Assembly: GCA_963836755.1 (NCBI GenBank) | Contig: CAWIKF010000001.1 | Span: forward strand, 224,001-288,000 | Source of the DNA: an uncultured Verrucomicrobiae bacterium | Lineage (GTDB): Bacteria; Verrucomicrobiota; Verrucomicrobiia; Chthoniobacterales; Chthoniobacteraceae | DNA: 64,000 bases | Direction of reading: 5' to 3' | Notes under the pieces: model-generated | Database searches by the model: none | Told to the model about the DNA's origin: nothing | Seen by the model: only the letters and a program-made list of their open reading frames with translations | Part shown: positions 33,424 to 45,500 of the stretch, in pieces | Numbering within the stretch: position 1 is the first letter of the stretch | Layout of the letters: the number at the start of each line of letters is the position of its first letter | Translations under genes and position numbers: made by a program

Positions 33424-34065
33424 CTACGCCGAATGCGCTGCTTCGATGAAAGCGCGCATCAATTCGCGGTCCTTGCGGCCGGCAGAAATTTCGACGCCGC
33501 TTGCGACATCCACGGCAAACGGCTGCACTTGACGCACTGCTTGCGCAACGTTAACCGGTGTCAAACCTCCCGAAAGCAGCAGCTCGATCTCCGGATTTTG
33601 CCGCGCAAACTTTGCCGCCAACTCCAAATCGATCAATTTTCCGGTGCCGCCGAATTGCCCGGGCACATGCGCATCGAGCAAAATTCTGCGAGTGTGAAAA
33701 TGTTTCGCGTCCTCGATCGCGCTTTCATCGCGCAACCCGACGGCCTTGAAAAACGGCAGACCGCGCCGCGCAAAATGCGCGCAAAAATCCGCGCTTTCGT
33801 GTCCGTGAAATTGAACCGCGTCGATGAACGGCAGCGCGAAAATTTCCTCCGCTTCGGCAATGGTCGGATTCACCATCACCGCCACGCGCGTGACGAGCAG
33901 CGGCAGTTCGCGGATCCAGTGCGCCGCGTCTTTCATCTCGATGAACCGCTTCGACGCCGGGAAAAGATTGAAACCCAGCGCATCCGCGCCGAGTTCAATC
34001 GCGCTCTCCGCATCGGCGCGATTGGTCACGCCGCAGATTTTCACCCGCGCCTGCCGCGTGCTCAT
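33424..34065 (-). CDS. trpF: Phosphoribosylanthranilate isomerase
   Basis: VKICGVT, GADALGF, VQFHGHES, GGTG, LLSGGLTPVNV, VDVASGVE; start ATG 34065 overlaps the upstream stop. Confidence 0.93.
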   Translation of the reverse strand: MSTRQARVKICGVTNRADAESAIELGADALGFNLFPASKRFIEMKDAAHWIRELPLLVTRVAVMVNPTIAEAEEIFALPFIDAVQFHGHESADFCAHFARRGLPFFKAVGLRDESAIEDAKHFHTRRILLDAHVPGQFGGTGKLIDLELAAKFARQNPEIELLLSGGLTPVNVAQAVRQVQPFAVDVASGVEISAGRKDRELMRAFIEAAHSA

Positions 34066-34835
34066 TCGATTCCTTCGCCCGGCTGCCGTTCCATGCCGGA
34101 AAAAGTAAGCGCCGGAATGTCCGCTACCAATTGCACCAACCCATCTTGCCAGCGACGGCGGACGTCCTCGAGGTAGCTGTCGCCTTCCTGCAGACGCAGC
34201 TGATATTTCACGGTGAGCGAGTCGCGTTCGTAGCAAAAAATATCGAATGGCGTGCCGACGGCGACGTTGCTTTTCATCGTCGATTCGAGCGAGAGCACGC
34301 CAAACTTCAGCGCCTGCGCGAGCTTTGTCTCATAGGTGAATCCGCGGTCGAGAATCGGCTTCCCGTATTTGAATTCGCCGATCTGCAAAAACGGCGAATC
34401 GGTGTCCGCGTGAATCGCGTTCCCCTGCGGGTAAACGTGATAAATCTGGTGCGGAAGTCCGGCGATTTGTCCGCCGATGCTGAAGTGGATGTTGAAACTA
34501 AACCCGTCCGCTTCGAGCGCGGCGCGGTCGAGTTTTTCCACCTGTCGAATCTTCGAGCCGACGTAGCGCGCCGTCTCAAAAATCGTCGGCTGGTTGAGCA
34601 GGTTCGGAATTTCCTGGTCGGTCTTCGCGCGCAGCATGTCCTCCTCGATCAACGCAATCGCCGTCTGTGTCAGCGAGAGATTTCCCGAGCTCATCAGGCA
34701 GATCACGCGCCGGCCTTCGTCCGCATACACACGCATCTTCGAGTGGATCGTGATGTTGTCGACGCCGGCGCTCGTGCGCGAATCGGAGAGAAACACGATG
34801 CCCTGCCGGCAAAGCAAACTCAGGCAGTAAGTCAT
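34062..34835 (-). CDS. Proteasome-type Ntn protease (Anbu/COG3484-like)
   Basis: MTYC N-terminal Thr nucleophile, SDSRTSAGVD, SGNLSLTQ, YPQGN, FLQIGEFKYGKPILDR, STMKSN. Confidence 0.88.
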   Translation of the reverse strand: MTYCLSLLCRQGIVFLSDSRTSAGVDNITIHSKMRVYADEGRRVICLMSSGNLSLTQTAIALIEEDMLRAKTDQEIPNLLNQPTIFETARYVGSKIRQVEKLDRAALEADGFSFNIHFSIGGQIAGLPHQIYHVYPQGNAIHADTDSPFLQIGEFKYGKPILDRGFTYETKLAQALKFGVLSLESTMKSNVAVGTPFDIFCYERDSLTVKYQLRLQEGDSYLEDVRRRWQDGLVQLVADIPALTFSGMERQPGEGIE

Positions 34836-34838
34836 CGT

Positions 34839-35252
34839 TTAAACATCGATCACGCGTCCGCGCACTTGTTTCATCTGCGAATGATGCGTGATGATCTGCA
34901 CGCGGCCTTTGCTGTCCCTAAAAAACGCGCTCAGCAGCCAGCTCACGATCGAGATGAGCAGCCCGCCAAAAAAAGCGCTGTGGAAATTTTCCACCTGAAA
35001 ACACGGCACGATCCCGCCCACCAGCTTCAGCATCAATGCATTCACGATCAAAATTCCAAAGCCAAGCGTGATCAAAATAAACGGCAGGCTCAGCAGCAGC
35101 ACGAGCGGACGCAGGAATGCATTTACGATGCCGAGCAGCAGCGAAGCGCCGAGCAGGCAGCCGAGCCCCTCGCAGTGAATGCCGGGAACCAGCGACGAAG
35201 CGATGAACACCGCGACCGTCGTCACCAGCCAGCGAATCACAAAAGGTTTCAT
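34839..35252 (-). CDS. 4-TM membrane protein, phage holin family 4/YvlD-like
   Basis: LLGIVNAFLRPLVLLLSLPFILITLG...VNALML; start ATG 35252. Confidence 0.85.
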   Translation of the reverse strand: MKPFVIRWLVTTVAVFIASSLVPGIHCEGLGCLLGASLLLGIVNAFLRPLVLLLSLPFILITLGFGILIVNALMLKLVGGIVPCFQVENFHSAFFGGLLISIVSWLLSAFFRDSKGRVQIITHHSQMKQVRGRVIDV

Positions 35253-35422
35253 GAGAAATGTATAAGCGAATTCGCCGCGCGAATCCATCCTGAGCGGACG
35301 CGTCGAGAGATTTCGGTGAAAATCAAAAAAGGATGGACTGCGCCGCACAAACTCGTAAATTCTCCGCTTCAAAAAAAGCCGGTCTCAACCAAATCGGCAG
35401 GGAAAATCTAAAAGTAGATCCT

Positions 35423-35779
35423 ATGGGAAAAAAAATCGAACAGGGAAAAAAGGCGGTGGCAAATACCGCCGGCACTGCTGGCAAGGCGCCTGCAAAACCA
35501 ATCGAAACCACTGCGACTCCGGTTGCAGCCTCGCCTGCGCCTGCGATTGCGGAGAAAAAAGCGCGTGCCAAGCGAACCGTCAGCAAAACCACCGCTGCAC
35601 CTGCCGCGCCCAAAGCGGCAGCAATTTCCTCCGATGAAATTGCGCTGCGCGCATACTTCATCGCAGAAAAACGGAATGCTCAGGGACTGCCGGGCGATCC
35701 GCATCAGGACTGGATCGAGGCCGAGCGGCAATTGCGCGCCGAGGCGAAAAAAAGTTCGTCGAAGCCGTCGTCGAAATAA
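35423..35779 (+). CDS. DUF2934-like small protein with Lys/Ala/Pro-rich N-terminus
   Basis: C-terminal EIALRAYFIAEKR...GDPHQDWIEAERQL motif. Confidence 0.8.
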   Translation: MGKKIEQGKKAVANTAGTAGKAPAKPIETTATPVAASPAPAIAEKKARAKRTVSKTTAAPAAPKAAAISSDEIALRAYFIAEKRNAQGLPGDPHQDWIEAERQLRAEAKKSSSKPSSK

Positions 35780-35791
35780 CGGCGTTCCGGT

Positions 35792-36193
35792 TTAGGAGCT
35801 GATCAGCTCCGAAACTTTTTCCACGAGCCGCTCAATGCTGAACGGCTTCGCGAGAAGTCCGCGCACACCCGGCTCGCGCAGCAATTCCTGCGCTTTTTTT
35901 TGCGATGCGTTGCCGGACATCAGGATGAGCGGTGGCAGCTTGCGTCCGTGCGGCGGGTCGATCGAGTAAAGCTTGGAGATCAAGCCGTAGAGCACCGCGC
36001 CGTCGATCCCAGGCATCGAAAAATCGAAGATCAGCAGATCGAACGGCTTCTTCAAAATCAGCTCGAATGCGTATTCCGGATTCGGCGTCGTCTCGACTTC
36101 GCAATGCAAAAGTCCGGTGAGCGACTCGCGCACGAGACGCAGGATCACCACGTCGTCATCGACGACCAGGACGCGCTGGGACTTTTCCGCCAC
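35792..36193 (-). CDS. Single-domain response regulator (receiver)
   Basis: VLVVDDD, DLLIFDFSMPGIDG, ILMSG, LAKPF. Confidence 0.9.
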   Translation of the reverse strand: MAEKSQRVLVVDDDVVILRLVRESLTGLLHCEVETTPNPEYAFELILKKPFDLLIFDFSMPGIDGAVLYGLISKLYSIDPPHGRKLPPLILMSGNASQKKAQELLREPGVRGLLAKPFSIERLVEKVSELISS

Positions 36194-36242
36194 GCGCTCT
36201 GCGTAACAAACCGCGCGTCCGGTGCAAGGCTAATTGCACAGC

Positions 36243-36911
36243 TCACACGCGTTCTGGAAAATCGGTAAACACGCCGTCGACGCCCAACGCTTTCATGCGC
36301 GCGATATCTCGCGGGCGATTTGCCGTATAAACAAAAACTTTCAGCCCACTCGCGTGCGCCCGATCGACGAGCCGGCGGTTCGTGAAACGGATGTGCGGAT
36401 GAATCGCGACAGCGCCAAGCTCCGCCGCGAGCTTCGCGAATCGCCGCGCCGAGCGTTTGAATAAAATGCCCAGCGGAACTTTGCCGCCGACGAGCGCGCG
36501 CAACTCACGGCGATGAAATGATGAGACGAGAAAGTCCGAAAACTCGCAGCCACGCTCGCGCACATATTCGCCAATCAAAGCAGCGACAGGCTTCGACGTG
36601 TTTCGCCCTTTTAACTCGATGTTAACAAACGCGCGCCGATCCACGGCGTCAAAAATTTCGCGCAACGTCGGAATGCGCTCCCCTTTTCCCGCATCGAGCG
36701 CACGAAGTTCGATGAGAGTTTTTCGCATCAACCTGCCGCGCCCATTCGTGGTCCGATCGAGCGTCGTGTCGTGGAAAACGAGCAGCTCATTGCCGACGAA
36801 ATAGACATCGATTTCGACGCCGTCCGCACCGAGTTCAATCGCCTTTTGCACGGAGCGGATCGTATTTTCCGGCTCATGCCCGCGCGCGCCGCGATGTCCT
36901 ATGCACAACAT
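36243..36911 (-). CDS. Glycerophosphodiester phosphodiesterase
   Basis: GHRGA..PENT, GVEIDV, HDTTLDRTTNG, NIELK, GVDGVFTDFP. Confidence 0.92.
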   Translation of the reverse strand: MLCIGHRGARGHEPENTIRSVQKAIELGADGVEIDVYFVGNELLVFHDTTLDRTTNGRGRLMRKTLIELRALDAGKGERIPTLREIFDAVDRRAFVNIELKGRNTSKPVAALIGEYVRERGCEFSDFLVSSFHRRELRALVGGKVPLGILFKRSARRFAKLAAELGAVAIHPHIRFTNRRLVDRAHASGLKVFVYTANRPRDIARMKALGVDGVFTDFPERV

Positions 36912-37024
36912 GCCGGCAAAAATGCACATCCGTCGCGGGGAACGAAAGCCGCATCATTTCGCCACCAGTTTGCCTCGCGTTCGCAGGCTGCTCATCGGAT
37001 AAAAATAGAAACGGAAACGAAGCT

Positions 37025-39437
37025 TTGATCACGATTCCTGGCGCCGAAAATTGCAAAATCGCACTGGCGTTTTCCGACGGAAAGCTGCGCATTGACTATT
37101 CCGCTTCCGGAATTGATGGACCGCAGCAGCGGCTGTTCGTCGCGCTTTCTCGCGTGTCGAATGCGGGCTCGCCGATTTTGCCATTCGCGCAAAACGAGGA
37201 AGGTTCCACGGTCTTTCTCGCGTTCGCAGCAGATCGACTTTACTGCGCGGGCACGGACGGTTTGCGCACCGTTCGCGCCTGGCAAACGACGCAATGGAGT
37301 GAAAAATTCGAGGCGACAACGGAATTTAGCGCAAGTTTTACTGAGCGGAAATTGCAGACTCGAAATCGATTTCGCTGCACTCGGCCAGCCGCCGCTCCTC
37401 GGGATGATGATTTACGCGAAGGATTTCCGCGAAAACAACGGCTGGGGAAAGTTTTACGGCTGCATGGATCCGAACGTCCGCGGCGGCATCGGCGACAAAT
37501 ACATCCCGCGCTATTTTTTACTCGATACAAAGGCGCATTGCGGGAATTTTCACGCGCGTCTTCACGCGAAAAAGCGGGTGCGGATTTATCAGTTGTTCGT
37601 GCGGCTTTTCGGAAACACGAATGAGACGCGCAAGGTGAATGGAACGGTCTTCGAGAACGGCGTCGGGAAGTTTTCCGACATTAACGATGCCGCGCTCACG
37701 GCGGTTTCAGCGATGAACTTTACGCACGTGTGGCTGACCGGCGTGTTGCGCCAGGCAACCGCGACCGATCACAGCGCGACCGGCGCAGTGCCGGATGATC
37801 CGGATTTGCTCAAGGGCCTCGCGGGCAGTCCCTATGCGATTCGCAGCTACTTCGACGTTTGCCCGGATTACGCGCTCGATCCGAAAAATCGGCTCGAGGA
37901 ATTCAAAGAGCTGGTCGCCCGCATGCACGCGCACGGGTTGAAAGTCATCACCGATCTCGTGCCGAATCACGTCGCGCGCAGCTATCATTCGGACATCGCG
38001 CCGGAGCACGACTTCGGCGTGAGCGATGACAAATCGAAATTTTTCGATGTGCGGAACAACTTTTTTTACCTCCGCGCCGACGATCCCGGCGGCGGACCGC
38101 CATTGAAATTACCCACTTTCAGCGGCGGCGAAGCGATCAGCCCGACCTGCAAAGTGCTCGGAAAAAAGTGCGACGGATTTTTCGATGGCGAAATGAATTT
38201 CGGCCGCGTCACCGGCAACAATGTGGTGAGTTGGGCGCCGCAACTCAGCGATTGGTATGAAACGGCGAAGCTGAATTTCGGATACGATTTCACGACCGAC
38301 GAACGCGCTTATCCCTACGGCGAACAGCCTGACAGGCCGCTTCCCGACACATGGCTGAAGATGGACCGCATCCTCGAGTATTGGCAAAACATGGGCGTCG
38401 ACGGCTTTCGCTGCGACATGGCGCACATGGTGCCGCCGGAATTTTGGGCGTGGGCGATCGGGCACGCGCGGGCGCGGGATCCCGACGCATTTTTCATGGG
38501 TGAAGCTTACGACGACGATCCGGGAAAAATGTTCGGCACGAATCCGGTGCTCCGCGCGCTGAATGGCGGTCGCGGAAACGTGATGTTTGATTTGTTAAAC
38601 AGTGGTTTTAGCGCGACGTATGACGATCCGGGCTACAAGGCGCTCAAGAATATTTACGACGGACCCGGTTGGGCAAATGACCTCGACCGCGTCATCACTA
38701 ACGAATTCATTTTTCAAAACGGACTGCGCTATGCGGAAAACCACGACGAGGTGCGGCTCGCGGGAAAACGAAATTGGTCTGAGATCGGGATGGAGGTCGG
38801 GAGACCGGTCGCAGCGATTTTATACGGTCTCGGGCGCGGACCGGTGATGCTTTACAACGGCCAGGAAGTGGGCGAGCCGGCGCACGGGGTCGAGGGATTC
38901 GGGGGCGATGACGCGCGCACGACCATCTTTGATTATTGGTCGATGCCTGAATTCACCAAGTGGGTGAACGGCCACAAGTTTGACGGCGGACGCTTGAGCG
39001 ATGCGCAAAAAAGTTTGCGAGAGTTTTATATTCGTTTGATTGCGCTCGTCGGAGAGCCGGCGTTTTCTTGCGGAGATTTTTTTCCGCTAAACTCTGCAAA
39101 CGCTGACACGGCGCGCTTTGGCACGGTGGACGGCGATCCTTCGAGCGGACATTGGATGTATGCATTTCTGCGGAGCGATGCGCAAAGTGGACAACGTTTT
39201 TTGGTCGTCGCAAATTTGCACCGAAGCGTCGAATTTCAAAATGTGCGGCTCCGTTTTTCGAGCGCAGCGCTGGAGGCAATTGGGTATGCGAACAATTTCC
39301 ATTTTGTTGAGCGGCTCAGCGGTGGTCCGACGCTAGACACAAACAGTGAGACTTTGACGGGTAGCGGTTTGGAAATTCCTTCGATCCCACCGCTCACACC
39401 GTTCTACTTTGAAGTGTCCACGCCGCCGCGCGGTTAG
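37025..39437 (+). pseudogene. GH13 alpha-amylase-family protein with N-terminal extension, apparent frameshift near 37340-37350 (pseudogene or sequencing indel)
   Basis: Frame of 37025 reads natively to ...TTEFSASFT, then the native-looking sequence continues in the 37092 frame (GNCRLEIDFAALG...); IYQLFVRLFGN, DLVPNH, GVDGFRCDMAH, FMGEAY, ENHDE. Confidence 0.75.
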
Positions 39438-39452
39438 AAAATCACGCAGCGG

Positions 39453-40220
39453 TTAGGCTGCCGCGGACGCGATTTGAATGATCTCGGCGAACCCGCGCGG
39501 GTCGAGACCCGCGCCGCCAACCAGCGCCCCGTCAATGTCTGGCTGCGACATCAGCGCGTCGGTGTTTTCCGGTTTGACGCTGCCGCCATATTGAATGCGG
39601 ATTTTGTCGGCAATGCCTTGGTCAGAAATTTCTGCGAGCATTTTGCGGATGAAGGCGTGCGCGGCCTGCGCCTGCTCGGGAGTCGCGGTGCGGCCTGTGC
39701 CAATCGCCCACACTGGCTCATACGCGATCACAATTTCGCTCAATTCTTTCCCGCTCATTCCGGCGAGGCTCCCGCGAATTTGTGCAGACAAAACTTCCTC
39801 GACCCGTCCGGCATCGCGCTCGGCGAGTGTTTCGCCGATGCAGACAATTGTCTTCAACGCTGCCGCATGCGCCGCGTGGATTTTGCGATTTACGATCGCA
39901 TCGGTCTCGCCGAAAAGGGTGCGGCGTTCGCTGTGGCCGAGCACGACGTAACGCACAAAAAGTTCGCGCAGCATCGCGGCGCTGATTTCACCGGTGAACG
40001 CGCCGCTTTTTTCCGCGGACATATTTTGCGCGCCGAGTTTGACGTGCTGCACATTGCTGAGAAGTGCGGAAACTTTCGCGAGCGCGGTGAAAGGCGGCAC
40101 GATCACGATCTCGACCGCATCTTCCTGCCCGATCTCACGCAAAAAATGTTCGAGGAATGACTCCGCCTCCGCGCAAGTCATGTTCATCTTCCAGTTCGCC
40201 GCGATGATCTTTTTTCGCAT
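39453..40220 (-). CDS. tpiA: Triosephosphate isomerase
   Basis: AANWKMN, GHSERR, AYEPVWAIGTG, YGGSVKP, DGALVGGA. Confidence 0.97.
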   Translation of the reverse strand: MRKKIIAANWKMNMTCAEAESFLEHFLREIGQEDAVEIVIVPPFTALAKVSALLSNVQHVKLGAQNMSAEKSGAFTGEISAAMLRELFVRYVVLGHSERRTLFGETDAIVNRKIHAAHAAALKTIVCIGETLAERDAGRVEEVLSAQIRGSLAGMSGKELSEIVIAYEPVWAIGTGRTATPEQAQAAHAFIRKMLAEISDQGIADKIRIQYGGSVKPENTDALMSQPDIDGALVGGAGLDPRGFAEIIQIASAAA

Positions 40221-40222
40221 CG

Positions 40223-41419
40223 CTATTTTTCCGAAAGAGCCGCGACGCCGGGCAATTCGCGGCCTTCGAGCAACTCGAGTGAGGCACCGCCGCCGGTGGA
40301 AATAAAAGTCATCTGGTCATCGAGCCCGAATTGTTTGACGGCGGTCACTGAGTCGCCGCCGCCGACGATGCTCTTCGCGCCGGATTGTGCGATTGCCTCC
40401 GCCACCGCGCGGGTCCCTTTCGCGAAATCAGCAATTTCGAAAACACCGACCGGGCCATTCCAAAGCACGGTCGCAGCGGACGAGATTTCCTCGACGAAAA
40501 GCTCCGTGGTTTTCGGGCCGATATCGACGCCTTCCCATCCGTCATCGATCGCGCGGCCTTTGGTGATGCGGGTTGGCGCGCCTGCCTGGAAAAGTTGCGT
40601 TTCGAGGGAATCGACCGGCAACACGAGTTTCACGTTTTTCTCTTTCGCGAAATCGACGATCTCACGCGCGAGGTCGAGCTTGTCGGCCTCAACGAGGCTT
40701 TTCCCCGTTTCGATGCCGTCCGCACGCGCAAAGGTGTAAGCCATCGCGCCGCCGACGAGAATCGTGTCGGCTTTTTCCATGAGCGATTTCATCACAGTGA
40801 TCTTCGTGGAAACTTTGGCGCCACCGAGGATCACGACGAAAGGCCGAGCCGGGTCTTTCAATTCATCGATCAAATATTTCAGCTCCTTTTCCATGAGCAG
40901 ACCCATTGCGGCCTGCGGCACCAATTTCGTGATGCCATCAGTCGAGGCGTGGGCGCGGTGAGCTGCACCGAACGCGTCGTTCACGAAAATATCGGCGAGG
41001 CTAGCGAGCGCTTGCGCAAACTGCGGATCGTTTTTTTCCTCCGCATCGGTGAAGCGCAAATTTTCAAGCAAGGCAACGTCGCCATTGTGCATGTGCGCGA
41101 TGATTTCCTCCGGAACTTTCCCAACAGTGTCGTGGCTGAAAATGACCGGATGCCCGAGCAGATCGTGCAGAGCGACGCCAATCGGGCGCAGCGAATATTT
41201 CTCGCTCGGCTTCCCTTTCGGCCGGCCGAGATGCGACATCAGAATGACTTTGGCACCGCGCTCGCGGAGGAGCTGAATCGTCGGCAGCGATTCGCGAATG
41301 CGCGTGTCATCGGTGATGAATTGCTGCCCGTCGCGGTCCTCGAGCGGGACGTTGAAATCGACGCGCACGAGGACGCGTTTTCCGGCGACGTCGAGGTCGC
41401 GAACAGAGAGCTTAGCCAT
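40223..41419 (-). CDS. pgk: Phosphoglycerate kinase
   Basis: RVDFNVP, SHLGRP, LENLRF, NDAFGAAHRAHAS, WNGPVGVFE, STGGGASLELLEG. Confidence 0.97.
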   Translation of the reverse strand: MAKLSVRDLDVAGKRVLVRVDFNVPLEDRDGQQFITDDTRIRESLPTIQLLRERGAKVILMSHLGRPKGKPSEKYSLRPIGVALHDLLGHPVIFSHDTVGKVPEEIIAHMHNGDVALLENLRFTDAEEKNDPQFAQALASLADIFVNDAFGAAHRAHASTDGITKLVPQAAMGLLMEKELKYLIDELKDPARPFVVILGGAKVSTKITVMKSLMEKADTILVGGAMAYTFARADGIETGKSLVEADKLDLAREIVDFAKEKNVKLVLPVDSLETQLFQAGAPTRITKGRAIDDGWEGVDIGPKTTELFVEEISSAATVLWNGPVGVFEIADFAKGTRAVAEAIAQSGAKSIVGGGDSVTAVKQFGLDDQMTFISTGGGASLELLEGRELPGVAALSEK

Positions 41420-41425
41420 GGCGCA

Positions 41426-42478
<1,053 letters not shown>

Positions 42479-42498
42479 TTAAAAAAAGTGAAGATGGG

Positions 42499-42528
42499 AA
42501 CTTACTAGCCGCTTCTCAGCAGCGTCAA
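42499..42528 (-). promoter_or_regulatory. Possible sigma70 promoter of gap-pgk-tpiA
   Basis: Minus strand TTGACG, 18-bp spacer, TAAGTT, 30 nt upstream of the gap ATG. Confidence 0.4.
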
Positions 42529-42547
42529 CGCGCGATTTTGCCGCGCG

Positions 42548-45500
42548 TCACAATCGAGCCGGAGCAGGCGCTGGAAGGCTGCACACAACCACTGTCCCGG
42601 TCTGCGCGCCGCGCCTGAAGTGGAGCTGCGCGCCGATGATGCGGGCGCGGTAATGCATCGTGTGCCAGCCGAGCCCCGGCGACGCGGGCGCGGAATGGTC
42701 GAGCGCGATGCCCACGCCATCGTCCTCGACGGAAAGCGTGGTGCCGTCGGCATTTGACGCGAGGCAAATCACGATGCGTTTGCCGCCGCTGTGCTTCGCG
42801 GCATTGTGTGCAGACTCCTGCGCGATTCTGTAAAGATGCGTCGCGACCGCAGCGTCTGCAATTTCGACGACCGATGCGCAATCGAAGATGCACTCAATGT
42901 TAAATAACCGCTGGACCATGTGAGCCAATTCCTGGAGCGCCGCGACAAATCCCGTGCCAGCCAAATCCAACGGCGCGAGCCCCTTCGCAATGCTGCGTGC
43001 CTTGATCACGGCCTGCCGCACCAGCTCGTTGATCTGGCGCGCATCGTCCGCCTCCTTGATTTGTTGCGCGGCGAGATTGTCGCGCAGCACGTTCGCGAGC
43101 AGCGACACTCCCACGAGATACTGGCAAAGATCGTCGTGCAAATCCTGGCCGATCCGCCGTTTTTCATTGTCGCTGATTTCCAGGACCTCGCGTTCGAGCC
43201 GCTTCCGCTCGCTGATGTCGCGGATGATCGCCGAGACGCCGCGGATTTCTCCGCCTTCATCACGCAAAGGCGAGACCGTCATCGCGATTTCGATCTTTCG
43301 TCCGTCCTTCGTCTGTCGCACGGTTTCAAAGTTTTTGAAAACCTGCCCCTGCCGCACGAGGTCGCTCATGCCGGCCGCTTCGTCGCGACGTTCAGGCGGC
43401 GAAAGTTTTGATGCGGTCCCGCCGATCATTTCCTCCGCCGAATAGCCGAAAATAGTTTCCGCCGCTTTGTTCCAACTGAGAATTGCTCCGTCGTTGCTCG
43501 TGCTTATGATCGCGTCGTTCGATGATTCGACGATCGAGGCGAAGCGCGACAGTTGTTGCTCCGTCTGTTTACGCTCCGTAATATCACGCTGCACGCCGAG
43601 CAGGCCGACTGTTTTTCCGGCGCTGTCGAGCAACGGCACTTTCGAGGTCAAGAACCACCGCGTTTGACCCGCAGCGTCCAACATTGTTTCAGTTTGATCG
43701 ATGAGCGCGCGGCCGGTGGCGAGGACCTCGCGCTCCTCCTCCAGATTGCGCGCGGCAATTTCCGGTGGGAAAAAATCGGAGTCAGTTTTGCCGGTGATTT
43801 CCTGCTGCGTCCGCGCGCGTAAAAGTTGTCGATGCGCAGCATTGCTCACGACGAAAAGGCCTTCATTGTCTTTCACAAAAACCGAGTCCGGCAGGTTGTC
43901 GATCAGCGTGCGGAGCAGGTTGCGCTCATGCGCGAGCGCTTCGCTCATCCGGTTGCGTTCCGTGATGTCGCGCGAGATGCCGAAGATGCCGACGATGTCG
44001 CCCGCGGCATTGCGGCAAACGCCCTTCGTCGCCAAAAAATCATGCTCGCGTCCCATCAATCGCATGGTGCTGAAAAATGTTTGCGTGTGGCCGGTCACGA
44101 CTACTTTCAGATCCTCGCGAACGATGCTGCGCGCGGTCTGCGGATCAAAAAGATCGCGCGCCGTTTTCCCAATCACGTCATCTGGCGTCCGCCCCAATGC
44201 GAGCGCGCCCGCGGAATTCATCATCGTGTATCGCCCTTGCAAATCCTTCACATAAATGGCGTCGGTTGTTCCTTCGACGATATCGCGCAGAAGCACGTGG
44301 CTGGCGCGCAACGCCATCTCGGCGCGGTGCCTGCCGGTGATTTCTGTCTGGGAAATTACCGCTCCGCCGCCCTCGGGCGAAAGGGGCGTGGCGCAAAGCG
44401 TAAACCAGCGCTCTCCCGCGTGGTCGGCACAATACTCGAACGAAAATTCCGCGAGCGATCCATCCAGCACGCATTGCACGCCGGAAACCGTCTCGCTCGC
44501 GCTGATCTCTGCGGACTGAAAAGCCGTGCGACAGAAATCGAGATAATTCGCGCCGACGCTGCAGTTCATCGCTCCACAAAATTCATCGCGAGCGCGCATC
44601 CATACTTTGTTTACGGTGAGCACATTGCCTTGCGGATCGAGCACTGCGACCTGCGCCTGCAGCGAATCAATCAACGACCGCAGCAATCCTTTGCTGTTCC
44701 GCAAATCTCTCTCGGCCTGACGCCGATCTTCGACTTCCTTGAGCAGCGCGTCGTTGAGCCCGCGCAGTTCCGCTGTCCGTTCCTCGATGCGCTGCTCCAG
44801 TTCCTCGTGCATTTTTTGCAATTCATCCTCCGTTTTTTTGCGAAGCGAAACGTCCTCGACCACCGTGACGAAATATTCCGGCGCGCCCGACTCCTCGCGC
44901 ACGAGCGTCCCGCTGACGTGCACCCACACGATGGAACCGTCTTTGCGGACGTAGCGCTTTTCCACGCTCATCCGCGGAAATTTCTCCGCAACCGCGCGCC
45001 TAAAAAAATCGATGTTTGAGGCGAGGTCGTCCGGATGAGTGATGTCGACAAAGTTTCGCTGCAGCAATTCCTCGCGCGAGTAGCCGACGATTTCGCACAT
45101 CCGGTCATTCACGCGGATCCAGCGGCCGTCGAGATCGACTTGCGAGATACCGACCGCGGCTTGCGCGAAAGTTGCCTGCAGCCGCTTTTCTTTTTGCTGT
45201 AATCTTCGCTGCGTGAGCCGTTGCTCCGTCACGTCGCGAGCCAGCACTAGCGCGGCATCCCGGGCGGCGAAGTCGAGCGCGTGCGAGGTAAGTTCGACTT
45301 CGATGAGATCGCCGTTCTTTTTTTTATGCCGCCAAAATCCGAAGTGCTCGCGCTCCGATTTTTGTTGCTCGAAAACCGCGCGATATTCCTCGAGATCCTC
45401 GATCGGCCAGATCTGCTCAATCGTCATCGCGAGAAACTCCTCGCGCGAATATCCGTAGCAAAAAATCGCTGCGTCATTCACCGCGAGGAAGCGGAGCGTC

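Noticed and set aside
34839..35252. Holin-like gene as evidence of a prophage
   Set aside because: This 4-TM family is common in non-phage contexts, and there are no endolysin, capsid, terminase or integrase genes nearby.
34131..35411. 426-aa plus-strand ORF
   Set aside because: It is antisense to the protease and holin-like genes and has no recognisable motifs.
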